Source: Pseudomonadota bacterium (GTDB taxonomy: Bacteria; Pseudomonadota; Gammaproteobacteria; Xanthomonadales; Ahniellaceae). Taken from it: a stretch of DNA of 64,000 bases. Of the stretch, positions 1 to 11,527 are shown piece after piece. Made by a program: the position numbers and the translations under genes. Location: NCBI GenBank assembly GCA_031412975.1, contig JANOEA010000377.1, positions 38 to 64,037 on the forward strand, given 5' to 3'. Position 1 is the first letter of the stretch. Every line of letters begins with the position of its first letter. The notes under the pieces are model-generated. The model was not told the origin of the DNA and ran no database searches. It saw only the letters and a program-made list of their open reading frames with translations.

Positions 1-163
1 GGGGGTTGCGGCCCCCGCCCGACCCGCGGGCGCCGGCGCGCCGCACTGCTGCAGATGGCGGTCGCACTGGAACACTGGCCAGCCTTGTGGGCAGCCGCAG
101 GTCCGCGGCTGCTGACCCGGCTGCATCCGTTGCGCTGATCGCGTCGCGCGATCGGATGGTGTC

Positions 164-598
164 TCAGGCGGTCGGGCCGGCGTCGCGCAGTGCCGCCACG
201 CACTTGAGCTCGATCGCGATTGGGGTCGGCAGCGCGCTGATTCCGAGCGTGGTCCGGCACGGCGGGTGTTCGCCGAAAAACTCAGCCCACAGACGATTGT
301 AGGTGCTGAAATCGCGCTGCATGTCGGTCAGGTAGACCGTGACGTCGACCAGGTCGTGCCACTGGGCGCCGCTGGCTTCGAGGATGCTGCGCACGTTGGC
401 GAACACCGAGCGGCACTGTGCCTCGATGTCGTAGGCCTGCAGCGTGCCATCGTGTGCATGTACGTTGCCGGGAATCGCGTTGCTGCCCGGCAGGCGCGGC
501 CCGACCCCGGACAGGAACAGCAGGTTGCCGACCCGCCGCGCGTGCGGATAGGCACCGACCGGCTGTGGCGCGGCGCTGGTGCGGATGCTGTCGCTCAT
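164..598 (-). CDS. RidA/YjgF-family enamine/imine deaminase (possibly a 2-aminomuconate-deaminase type, given the neighbouring semialdehyde dehydrogenase)
   Basis: ORF 164..634. I chose the internal ATG (MSDSIRTSAAPQPVGAY...) at 598 because the upstream ALDH stop is at 615. The PVGAYPHARRVGNLLFLSG motif and overall length are typical of RidA. Confidence 0.8.
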   Translation of the reverse strand: MSDSIRTSAAPQPVGAYPHARRVGNLLFLSGVGPRLPGSNAIPGNVHAHDGTLQAYDIEAQCRSVFANVRSILEASGAQWHDLVDVTVYLTDMQRDFSTYNRLWAEFFGEHPPCRTTLGISALPTPIAIELKCVAALRDAGPTA

Positions 599-614
599 CG
601 GATGCTGGCCTCGC

Positions 615-2069
615 TCAAAAAACCACGCAGACATTGCGCGCTTCGGTGAAGAAGCGCATCGCCTCGAGGCCGCCCTCGCGCCCGAGGCCGGAGTCCTTCA
701 TGCCGCCGAACGGCGTGCGCAGGTCGCGCAGCATCCAGCAGTTGATCCACACGACCCCGGCATCGATGCGGGCCGCCATCCGATGGGCGACGCCCAGGTC
801 GCGGGTGAATATCGATGCCGCAAGTCCATACGGCGACGCGTTCGCCAGTTGCAGTGCGTGCGCTTCATCGTCGAATGGTTGCAGCGTGACGACCGGCCCG
901 AAGATCTCTTCGGTGTTGGTGCGGCAGTGCGCGTCGAGGCCTTCGATCACGGTAGGCTCGATGAACCAGCCATTGCCGCAGCGGCCATCGACCTGCGCTG
1001 CCACCCCACCGGTGAGCACGCTGCCGCCCTCCTCGCGCGCGAGTGCGATGCAGGCAAGCACCTTGTGGTGGTGTTCGGCCGACACCATCGCGCCGAATTC
1101 GGTGTCCTCGAGCGCCGGATCGGCGGCCCGCATTGCACGGGCGCGCGCGACGAACGCGTCGCGAAAGCGCGCATACAGCGGGCGTTGCACCAGCAGTCGC
1201 GAGCCGCACAGGCAGATCTGGCCCTGGTTGGTGAATGCCGCGCGCAGCGCGGTATCGAGGGCTGCATCGAAGTCCGTATCGGCGAACACGATGAACGGGT
1301 TCTTGCCACCCATCTCCAGCGAGAGTTTCTTGAACTGCGGCGCGGCATGCGCCGCGATCGCCGCCCCGGTGCGCGTGCTGCCGGTGAACGACACCGCCTT
1401 GATCTGCGGATGCGCGACCAGCGCCGCCCCGGCATCGGGGCCGGTGCCGTGCACGATGTTGAGCACGCCCGGCGGCAAGCCTGCCTCGATCGAGGCGCGC
1501 GACAGCAGCCACGCGGTGTACGGCGTGATCTCCGATGGCTTGGCGACTACGCAGTTGCCCGCAGCCAGCGCCGGCGCGATTTTCCAGGTCAGCAGGTACA
1601 GCGGCAGGTTCCAGGGCGAGATGCAGGCCACCACGCCAAGCGGCTGGCGCAGGGTGTAGTTGAGCCCCGCGCCTTCCATCGGATGCGACTCGCTGGCGAA
1701 CTGGGTCGCGGCTGCAGCGAAGAAGCGCAGGTTGGCGATCGCGCGCGGGATGTCCATGCGGGTCGCCAGCGCGACCGGTTTGCCGCTGTCGCGCGATTCG
1801 GCGGCGGCGAACTGCGGCAATGCGGCTTCGATGATCCGTGCGAGTCGCTCGAGATGGCCCGCACGCTCTGCGGCGGGTGTGTGCGCCCAACCTGCTGCCG
1901 CGCGGGCCGCCGCTGCAACCGCATCAGCGACGTCGTCGCCAGCGCTGGCTGCGGCGTGCGCATAAACCTCGCCGGTGGCCGGTTCGTGGACATCAAGCCA
2001 GCGCTGCGAGCGCGCCGCGACAATCCGGCCGTCGATCAGGTTGCCGAACTGCAGCGCGCCGGCATCCAC
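615..2069 (-). CDS. NAD(P)-dependent aldehyde dehydrogenase (2-hydroxy/2-aminomuconic semialdehyde dehydrogenase-like)
   Basis: 484-aa ORF with a GTG start. ALDH motifs are present: ISPWNLPL, FTGSTRTG, LEMGGKNP and the catalytic Cys in NQGQICLCGSR. Confidence 0.9.
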   Translation of the reverse strand: MDAGALQFGNLIDGRIVAARSQRWLDVHEPATGEVYAHAAASAGDDVADAVAAAARAAAGWAHTPAAERAGHLERLARIIEAALPQFAAAESRDSGKPVALATRMDIPRAIANLRFFAAAATQFASESHPMEGAGLNYTLRQPLGVVACISPWNLPLYLLTWKIAPALAAGNCVVAKPSEITPYTAWLLSRASIEAGLPPGVLNIVHGTGPDAGAALVAHPQIKAVSFTGSTRTGAAIAAHAAPQFKKLSLEMGGKNPFIVFADTDFDAALDTALRAAFTNQGQICLCGSRLLVQRPLYARFRDAFVARARAMRAADPALEDTEFGAMVSAEHHHKVLACIALAREEGGSVLTGGVAAQVDGRCGNGWFIEPTVIEGLDAHCRTNTEEIFGPVVTLQPFDDEAHALQLANASPYGLAASIFTRDLGVAHRMAARIDAGVVWINCWMLRDLRTPFGGMKDSGLGREGGLEAMRFFTEARNVCVVF

Positions 2070-2072
2070 GGG

Positions 2073-2858
2073 TCAGAGCGACTGCGTGCGCCCGCCGTCG
2101 ACCGGCAGGTTGATGCCATTGATGTACGCCGCCGCGGGGCTGGCGAGGAAGGCGATCGCGGCGGCGATCTCGGACGGATCCGCGAAGCGCCCCAGCGGCA
2201 CATGCGAGATCATCTCCGCGCGCACCGCCGATTCATCGCGGCTGCCGGCGGCAGCGCGCGCGGAAACGATCTGCCGGATGCGTGGCGTCTCGGTCGACCC
2301 GGGCAGTACATTGTTGACCGTGATGCCATGCGGCCCGAGTTCGTGCGCGAGCGTCTTGGCCCATGCGGCCACTGCCCCACGAATCGTGTTGGAGACGCCG
2401 ATGCCGGGAATCGGCTCCTTGACCGAGGTCGAGATCACGTTGATCACACGCCCGTAGCCGCTGGTCTTCATGCCGGGCAGCACGGCCTGCAGCAGCGCGT
2501 GGCCGCCGAGCAGATGCTGCTCGAACGCCGCCAGGAACTGTGCCGCGCTGGCAGCCTGCACCGTACCCGGCGGCGGGCCTCCCGAATTGTTGACCAGGAT
2601 CTGTACCGGGCGCTGGGTCGCCGCGGCGGCGACCTGCGCGGCGGCCGCAGGGCTGGACATGTCGGCGCTGATCCACGCGTGCGACTGCGCGGCGTGGGTG
2701 CGCGGAAGCTCGGCCACCAGCGCGCGCAGCACGTCTTCGCGGCGGGCGAGCACGGTCACGTCGGCGCCGAGCGCGGCAAGTTCGATCGCGGCCGCGCGGC
2801 CGATGCCCTGCGAGGCGCCGCAGACCAGTGCGTGCTTGCCGATCAGGTCGAGGTTCAT
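2073..2858 (-). CDS. Short-chain dehydrogenase/reductase (SDR) family oxidoreductase
   Basis: ORF 2073..2969 trimmed to MNLDLIGKHALVCGASQGIG (ATG 2858). It has the TGxxxGIG-type Rossmann motif, NNSG, and the YxxxK region context. Confidence 0.85.
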   Translation of the reverse strand: MNLDLIGKHALVCGASQGIGRAAAIELAALGADVTVLARREDVLRALVAELPRTHAAQSHAWISADMSSPAAAAQVAAAATQRPVQILVNNSGGPPPGTVQAASAAQFLAAFEQHLLGGHALLQAVLPGMKTSGYGRVINVISTSVKEPIPGIGVSNTIRGAVAAWAKTLAHELGPHGITVNNVLPGSTETPRIRQIVSARAAAGSRDESAVRAEMISHVPLGRFADPSEIAAAIAFLASPAAAYINGINLPVDGGRTQSL

Positions 2859-2862
2859 GGGC

Positions 2863-3156
2863 TCACCGCAGCCGCACGGCCATGGCACCCGCGAGCATGC
2901 GTTCGTCGGCGATCGTGGGCGGACCCACCGCGTCGAGGGCGAAGCCGAGCTCGACCGCGTCCTCGGCATCGAGGCCGTCCCATGCCCGGTACCCGGCGCT
3001 CAGCAGATAGTGCCGCGCGGCATCGGTATCGTCGAAACGCAGCACCTCGCCGGTCGCCTCCAGCAGTTCGGTGCCGCCATCCTCGCGCAGGCGCAGGCGC
3101 GCCCACAGCAGCAGCTCGGGTTCGGGCAGCAGCAGCCACCACTGGGTATCGTTCAT
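2863..3156 (-). CDS. Small acidic hypothetical protein (97 aa)
   Basis: The ORF exactly fills the gap between the membrane protein stop (3160) and the SDR start (2858). GC3-rich codons. No family recognised. Confidence 0.55.
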   Translation of the reverse strand: MNDTQWWLLLPEPELLLWARLRLREDGGTELLEATGEVLRFDDTDAARHYLLSAGYRAWDGLDAEDAVELGFALDAVGPPTIADERMLAGAMAVRLR

Positions 3157-3159
3157 GCG

Positions 3160-3453
3160 TCAGGCCCGCAAACCGAAGCCGACCGCGGTGCCGACGATCC
3201 CGAGCGCGATGACCCACAGCATCACCCGCGCGGGGGTCGCCAGCGGATCGAGTGCGCGATCGCGCATCGCGCGGTAGCGGCCACTGAGCAGGAACAGGCA
3301 GAACGCCGGCGCAAAGGCGTGACTGCCGAGCCCGGCCTCGGCTTCGCGATCCATCAGGTGCCGGTACGACAGCGGCCCGAAGATCAGGTAGCCGGTCGCA
3401 CCGGCCGTGAGGATGCCGAGGCCGGTCATCAGCACCAGGTCGGGCCAGAACAT
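3160..3453 (-). CDS. Small integral membrane protein (97 aa, about 3 TM)
   Basis: Internal ATG (MFWPDLVLMTGLGILTAG...) of ORF 3160..3861, lying 2 nt after the asnS stop. Hydrophobic segments are present. The upstream part of the ORF overlaps asnS out of frame. Confidence 0.6.
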   Translation of the reverse strand: MFWPDLVLMTGLGILTAGATGYLIFGPLSYRHLMDREAEAGLGSHAFAPAFCLFLLSGRYRAMRDRALDPLATPARVMLWVIALGIVGTAVGFGLRA

Positions 3454-3455
3454 GC

Positions 3456-4856
<1,401 letters not shown>

Positions 4857-4996
4857 CTACTGCATGCTCCTGCGGATCGGCTGCGGGTGTGGGAGTATCG
4901 CCACAGCCGGCGATGATAACCGAGCCCACCCGGTGGCGCCGCGCTTGCGATGCCGCGCTGTGCCACCATATCGAAGGACACCCCGAGGTACTTTCG

Positions 4997-5338
4997 ATGA
5001 CGACCGAAACCGCAGCCATCCACCTGACCGAAGCGGCCGCGGCGCGGGTTGCCGCTTTCATATCGAGCAAGCCCGGTTCGGTCGGGCTGCGCTTCGGCGT
5101 GCGCCGCACCGGTTGTTCGGGGTGGGCCTACACCGTCGACCTCGCGGACTCGATCGCTGCCGACGATCACGTATTCGACCTGCACGGGGTCCGCGTGGTG
5201 GTCGATGAGCGCAGCCTCCCGCTGGTGGCGGGAACCGAAATCGACTTCGCGCGCAAAGGCCTGAACGCCGAGTTCGTCTTCCGCAATCCCAACGTCAAGG
5301 GCGAATGCGGCTGCGGCGAGAGCTTCAGCACCAGCTGA
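4997..5338 (+). CDS. HesB/IscA-family iron-sulfur cluster insertion protein
   Basis: Internal ATG (MTTETAAIHLTEAAA...) of ORF 4889..5338. It carries the conserved CSG...CGCGESF cysteine signature. Confidence 0.85.
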   Translation: MTTETAAIHLTEAAAARVAAFISSKPGSVGLRFGVRRTGCSGWAYTVDLADSIAADDHVFDLHGVRVVVDERSLPLVAGTEIDFARKGLNAEFVFRNPNVKGECGCGESFSTS

Positions 5339-5642
5339 GACGGCTGCGGCCCGGTCGCGCCGCCATCGCAACGCATCAACCGGTTTCCGTCCCGGTTCCC
5401 CGTCGTGCGTTCTCCCGCCTGTGTCAGGTCTTCCTGCCGTGGTTCTCCAGGCTCTTGGAAGAACCAATGGAAGACAGCAGCAATTCCCCTTTCAATCAAA
5501 CGCTTGTGGTGTCTGCGCAGCGACGCTCTCGTTTCGTTTCCTGCCGATGAGCGAACCGGAGCGATTTTTAGTTTTCGCCCGTAACAAACTGATATTTATC
5601 TAGTTTCTGCGCGATACACAGTTTTCGCCCAGCATTTCCGTG

Positions 5643-5671
5643 TTGAGAGCGGGCCTGATTTCGCCTAGAAT
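5643..5671 (+). promoter_or_regulatory. Candidate sigma70 promoter of the rpsF operon (TTGAGA-17 nt-TAGAAT)
   Basis: -35 at 5643..5648 and -10 at 5666..5671, read directly. It lies about 85 nt upstream of the rpsF ATG. Confidence 0.5.
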
Positions 5672-5755
5672 TCGCGGCCCTGCAGCACGCCGGTTTGCTG
5701 TTGCAGCCCTTGCCTCACCGCAATGTCGGGAGGCCATAGTCCTCAAGGAGTTGTC

Positions 5756-6163
5756 ATGCGTCATTACGAAGTGGTTTTCATGGTCCACCCGGACCAGAGT
5801 GAACAGGTGCCCGCGATGGTCGAGCGTTATCGCACGCTCATCGAGGGCGACAAGGGAGCGATCCACAGGCTGGAAGATTGGGGGCGTCGCCAGTTGGCGT
5901 TTCCGATCGAGAACCTCGCCAAGGCGCATTACGTGATGATGAATATCGAGTGCTCGCAGGCGGTGTTGACGGAACTGGTCGCCAGCTTCCGCTTCAACGA
6001 TGCCGTGCTGCGCCACCTGATAATCCATCGCGACGAGGCGGTGACCGAGCTGTCGCCGATCATGAAGCAGAAGGACGAGAAGCCCGAGCGCCGTCCGCGC
6101 GACGAGGAAGGTGGCTACGGCGAAGGCCGCGGCGATTCTTCCGACGAAGTCCGCGCTGCCTGA
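5756..6163 (+). CDS. rpsF: 30S ribosomal protein S6
   Basis: [18 protein letters not shown]... with an acidic C-terminal tail. The ATG at 5756 is preceded by AAGGAG. Confidence 0.95.
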   Translation: MRHYEVVFMVHPDQSEQVPAMVERYRTLIEGDKGAIHRLEDWGRRQLAFPIENLAKAHYVMMNIECSQAVLTELVASFRFNDAVLRHLIIHRDEAVTELSPIMKQKDEKPERRPRDEEGGYGEGRGDSSDEVRAA

Positions 6164-6184
6164 TCGAGACCAAGGAATCCTCCC

Positions 6185-6409
6185 ATGTCGAAGTTTTTCC
6201 GCCGCAAGAAGTTCTGCCGCTTCACCGCCGAGAAGGTGGTCGAGATCGATTACAAGGATCTCAACACGCTTCGCCAGTACGTCACCGAGACCGGCAAGAT
6301 CGTGCCCAGCCGCATCACCGGCACCAAGGCCCGATACCAGCGCCAGTTGGCCACCGCGATCAAGCGGGCGCGCTTCCTGGCCCTGCTGCCCTATTGCGAC
6401 AGCCACTGA
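6185..6409 (+). CDS. rpsR: 30S ribosomal protein S18
   Basis: [25 protein letters not shown]... is canonical S18. Confidence 0.95.
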   Translation: MSKFFRRKKFCRFTAEKVVEIDYKDLNTLRQYVTETGKIVPSRITGTKARYQRQLATAIKRARFLALLPYCDSH

Positions 6410-6429
6410 GCCGACGGAGCCAGCAGATC

Positions 6430-6879
6430 ATGGAACTCATTCTTCTGACCAAGGTGGTGAACCTTGGCAATCTCGGCGACAAGGTCCAGGTCAAGCCTGG
6501 CTATGGTCGCAACTACCTGGTTCCCCATGGCAAGGCGGTTCGTGCCACGGCGACCAACATTGCGGAGTTCGAGAAGCGTCGCGCGGAATACGAAGCCAAG
6601 GCCGCCGCGCTGTTCGGCGACGCCGAGGCGCGTCGCGCGCGTTTCGAGAACGCCGCAGTAACGATTCGTGCCAATGCCAGTACGGAAGGCAAGCTCTACG
6701 GGTCGGTCAATACCCGGGACATCGCCGAAGCTTTCACGGCAGCGGGTCTCCCGCTGGCGAAGAGCGAGGTGCTGCTCGGTGAAGGTCCGCTCCGTCGAAC
6801 GGGCGAGTTTGATGTTCAGGTGGCGCTGCACGCTGATGTGCTGACCACCGTGAAGGTCATCGTCGTACCCGAAGAGTAG
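6430..6879 (+). CDS. rplI: 50S ribosomal protein L9
   Basis: [30 protein letters not shown]...; internal ATG of ORF 5878..6879. Confidence 0.95.
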   Translation: MELILLTKVVNLGNLGDKVQVKPGYGRNYLVPHGKAVRATATNIAEFEKRRAEYEAKAAALFGDAEARRARFENAAVTIRANASTEGKLYGSVNTRDIAEAFTAAGLPLAKSEVLLGEGPLRRTGEFDVQVALHADVLTTVKVIVVPEE

Positions 6880-6935
6880 TGGCCGAAATTCCGCCGGCTT
6901 CGTGCGCTGGTGGATGCTGCTTCCAGGGATGTTGA

Positions 6936-6966
6936 GGCCGCCGATGACCCCGGCGGCCTTTTTTTT
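6936..6966 (+). terminator. Rho-independent terminator after rplI
   Basis: Perfect 8-bp stem GGCCGCCG/CGGCGGCC, a 7-nt loop, then a run of 8 T. Confidence 0.85.
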
Positions 6967-7098
6967 GCCTGCGCAGCCCGCAGGTGATCGCGCCGATCTC
7001 ACGCGGTGAGATGTCCCCCGGATATCCACAGGGTTATGCGCAACGTCCGGCGGGGTCCGCCCGCTAGACTTGTCGGCCTGCAGCGAGGGTCCGTCAAG

Positions 7099-8490
7099 AT
7101 GTCCGCCACCCCCAGTTCGTTCGACTCCGCTCAGCGCATCCAGCCGCTGCGCGTGCCGCCGCATTCGCTCGAGGCCGAGCAGGCCGTGCTCGGTGGCTTG
7201 ATGCTCGCATCCGAAGCCTGGGACAAGGTCGCCGACAAGATCAGCGAGCACGACTTCCATCGCCGCGACCACCAGCTGATCTTCCGTGCGATCGGCGAGC
7301 TGGCGGAGAAGGGTCGGCCCTGCGATGCAGTCACGCTGGGCGAATGGTTCGAATCGCAGCGGCTGTCCGAGCAGGTGGGTGGCACCCGCTACATCATCGA
7401 ACTGGCCAACTCGACGCCGAGCGCGGCAAACATCGTGGCCTATGCCGACATCGTGCGCGAGAAGTCGGTGCTGCGGCAGCTGATCGATGCCGGCACCGAG
7501 ATCACCAGCGATGGCTTCCAGCCCGACGGCCGCAGTCCGCAGGAGCTCGTCGAGGTCGCCGAGCAGCGCGTGTTCCGGATCGCCGAGGCCGGCGCGCGCG
7601 GACGCCAGGGTTTCGTATCGATGCGTTCGGCGGTGAAGGACGCGTTCGAGCAGTTGCGGCTGCGCGCCGAGAGCAAGAGTCCGATCACCGGCATGCCGAC
7701 CGGATTCACCGACCTCGACCACCGCACCGCCGGCTGGCAGGCGGGCGACCTGGTCATCGTCGCCGCGCGACCCTCGATGGGCAAGACCGCACTCGCGCTG
7801 AACATGGCCGAGTACGCCGCGCTCAAGACCGGCAAGGCGGCAGCAGTGTTCTCGATGGAAATGTCGGCCTCGCAGCTGGCGTTCCGCCTGATCTCCTCGT
7901 TGGGCCGGATCAACCAGCAGCACCTGCGCACCGGCGATCTGGCCGACGAGGAGTGGCCGCGCGTGACCTCCGCGATCACCCTGCTCGCCGAGTCGAAGAT
8001 CTTCATCGACGACACGCCGTCGCTGTCGCCGCTGGAGCTGCGCTCGCGCGCGCGCCGGCTCAAGCGCGAGCACGACCTGGGCCTGATCGTGATCGACTAC
8101 CTGCAGCTGATGCAGGTGCCCGGAAGCAAGGAGAATCGCGCCACCGAAATTTCGGAAATCTCGCGCAGCCTGAAGGCACTCGCGAAGGAGCTCGCGGTGC
8201 CCGTGATCGCGCTGTCGCAGCTCAACCGCTCGCTGGAGCAGCGCACCGACAAGCGCCCGGTGATGGCGGACCTGCGCGAATCGGGCGCCATCGAGCAGGA
8301 CGCCGACGTGATCGTGTTCATCTATCGCGACGAGTACTACAACCCGGAATCTGCGGACAAGGGGCTGGCCGAGATCATCATCGGCAAGCAGCGCAACGGC
8401 CCGACCGGGATGGTGAAGCTGGCCTTCCTCGGGCAATACACGCGCTTCGAGAATTTCGCCGGCGACAGCTACGCTGGAGGGTTCGAGTGA
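7099..8490 (+). CDS. dnaB: Replicative DNA helicase DnaB
   Basis: PPHSLEAEQAVLGG N-terminus, Walker A ARPSMGKT, and RecA-like C-terminal motifs. ATG at 7099. Confidence 0.95.
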   Translation: MSATPSSFDSAQRIQPLRVPPHSLEAEQAVLGGLMLASEAWDKVADKISEHDFHRRDHQLIFRAIGELAEKGRPCDAVTLGEWFESQRLSEQVGGTRYIIELANSTPSAANIVAYADIVREKSVLRQLIDAGTEITSDGFQPDGRSPQELVEVAEQRVFRIAEAGARGRQGFVSMRSAVKDAFEQLRLRAESKSPITGMPTGFTDLDHRTAGWQAGDLVIVAARPSMGKTALALNMAEYAALKTGKAAAVFSMEMSASQLAFRLISSLGRINQQHLRTGDLADEEWPRVTSAITLLAESKIFIDDTPSLSPLELRSRARRLKREHDLGLIVIDYLQLMQVPGSKENRATEISEISRSLKALAKELAVPVIALSQLNRSLEQRTDKRPVMADLRESGAIEQDADVIVFIYRDEYYNPESADKGLAEIIIGKQRNGPTGMVKLAFLGQYTRFENFAGDSYAGGFE

Positions 8491-9602
8491 GTCGAGACAC
8501 CCGCGCGACCATCCACCTGGCCGCGCTGCGCCACAACCTGCAACGGGTCCGCGAACTGGCGCCGCGCTCGCGCCTGATGGCGGTGGTCAAGGCCGATGGC
8601 TACGGCCATGGGCTGGAGCGGGTGGCGCGTGAACTGGCTGCCGCGGATGCCTTCGGCGTGGCATCGATCGCGGACGCGCAGCGCATCCGCGCGATCGGCC
8701 TGCGCAATCGGGTGGTGGTGCTGTGTGGCATCGATGCGCCCGACGACATCGCGCAGATGCGACGCATGGACGTAGACAGCGTGATCCACCACGCCTCGCA
8801 GCTGGAGTTGCTCGAGCGCGACCGGGCGGTCGCCGGCGATCGTCCATTGCGGGTGTGGTTGAAGATCGACACCGGGATGCATCGACTGGGCTTCGGGCTC
8901 GACCAGGTGCAGGCAGTGCGCGAGCGGTTGCGGCGGTTGCCCGGCGTCGACCCGGAAATCGTGTTGATGACCCACTTCGCCAACTCCGATGTGCATGAGG
9001 ATCCGATCAGCGGCGAGCAGATCGCGCGATTCGCGCCGCTGGCGGCCGAACTCGGTGGCGAGCGTTCGCTGGCCAACTCTGCCGCGGTACTCGAACTGCC
9101 CGGCGCGCACGCCGACTGGGTGCGGGTCGGTGGACTGCTGTACGGCATCTCGGTGATCGCCGGGCGCAGTGCCGACCAGTTCGGTTTCCACCCGGCGATG
9201 CGCTTGACGACCCGACTGATCGCGATCAACCGCATCGCGCGCGGCGAGCGCATCGGCTACGGCGGCAGTTGGGAGTGCCCGGAGGAGATGCCGGTTGGCG
9301 TGGCCACGATCGGCTACGGCGATGGCTATCCGCGCTCGGCGCCGTCGGGCACGCCGGTACTGATCGGCGGCGCGCGTGCGCCGATCATCGGCCGCATATC
9401 GATGGACCTGATCACCATCGACTTGCGCGGGCATCCGGATGCGAAGGTCGGCGACGCCGTGCTGCTGTGGGGACCCGGCTTGCCGGTCGAGGAAGTCGCG
9501 TTGGCGGCGGGTACGATCGGCTACGAACTGGTGTGCGGGATGACGCGGCGCGTCGATTTCATCGAGGATCACGCATCGCTGCGCGGCGTTTGCGCGAGCT
9601 GA
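8487..9602 (+). CDS. alr: Alanine racemase
   Basis: The GTG start overlaps the dnaB stop (GTGA). It has the PLP-lysine motif AVVKADGYGHG. Confidence 0.9.
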   Translation: MSRDTRATIHLAALRHNLQRVRELAPRSRLMAVVKADGYGHGLERVARELAAADAFGVASIADAQRIRAIGLRNRVVVLCGIDAPDDIAQMRRMDVDSVIHHASQLELLERDRAVAGDRPLRVWLKIDTGMHRLGFGLDQVQAVRERLRRLPGVDPEIVLMTHFANSDVHEDPISGEQIARFAPLAAELGGERSLANSAAVLELPGAHADWVRVGGLLYGISVIAGRSADQFGFHPAMRLTTRLIAINRIARGERIGYGGSWECPEEMPVGVATIGYGDGYPRSAPSGTPVLIGGARAPIIGRISMDLITIDLRGHPDAKVGDAVLLWGPGLPVEEVALAAGTIGYELVCGMTRRVDFIEDHASLRGVCAS

Positions 9603-9696
9603 GTGCCGGCGCACAGGCCCGGGTTCCAGGTTCGCGTGGCGCAGGATGCTGCCGGCGGGCCTATCATGGACGTTCGCAACCCCACGGAAGCCAGTC

Positions 9697-10038
9697 ATGA
9701 GCCGTGCAACCCGCAAGCCCCTGCCCAGCCCCCGTGCTTTCGCAGCCCGCCTCGTGAAGTCGGTCCTGTTCGGTACCGCAGTGATCGCGGTGTCGCTGCT
9801 GGTCGGCATGCTGGGCTACCACGGCTTCGAGGGGCTGTCGTGGATCGACGCCTTCGTCAACGCAGCGATGATCCTGTCCGGCATGGGGCCGGTCAATCCG
9901 CTGACCCATGACGCGGCCAAGATCTTCGCTGGCCTCTATGCGCTGTACAGCGGACTGGCCCTGCTGATCGTGGCCGGCATCGTGTTCGCGCCGGTCGTGC
10001 ATCGCTTCCTGCACCGTTTCCACCTCGAACTCGATTGA
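9697..10038 (+). CDS. Small membrane protein with 2-TM, pore-helix-like topology
   Basis: ORF 9646..10038; start placed at MSRATRK (9697), alternative 9646. Two hydrophobic helices flank WIDAFVNAAMILSGMGPV. Confidence 0.6.
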   Translation: MSRATRKPLPSPRAFAARLVKSVLFGTAVIAVSLLVGMLGYHGFEGLSWIDAFVNAAMILSGMGPVNPLTHDAAKIFAGLYALYSGLALLIVAGIVFAPVVHRFLHRFHLELD

Positions 10039-10066
10039 TCCCGTCGCGCGACCCGGAACCAGGCGT

Positions 10067-11437
<1,371 letters not shown>

Positions 11438-11527
11438 GCCGCAATCGAGCGCCGATTCCCTGCTCGCTGACTTCCGGCTCGCCGGGGTTCCGCTCGACCA
11501 GGTCGTTCGGTACGGTTTACCGCAGGC

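Noticed and set aside
1-163. Possible 5' end of a further minus-strand gene (ATG at 126..124, open to the window edge) or the plus-strand ORF 6..302
   Set aside because: Only about 40 codons are visible (MQPGQQPRTCGCPQGW...) and no motif is recognisable. The plus-strand ORF overlaps RidA. Too little sequence to call.
6164-6184. Absence of priB between rpsF and rpsR
   Set aside because: Only 21 nt separate the two genes, so there is no priB. This is lineage-typical outside Enterobacteria-like groups and not a local anomaly.
5600-6406. 268-aa minus-strand ORF
   Set aside because: It is antisense to rpsF and rpsR. Its 3' part lies in the AT-rich promoter region.
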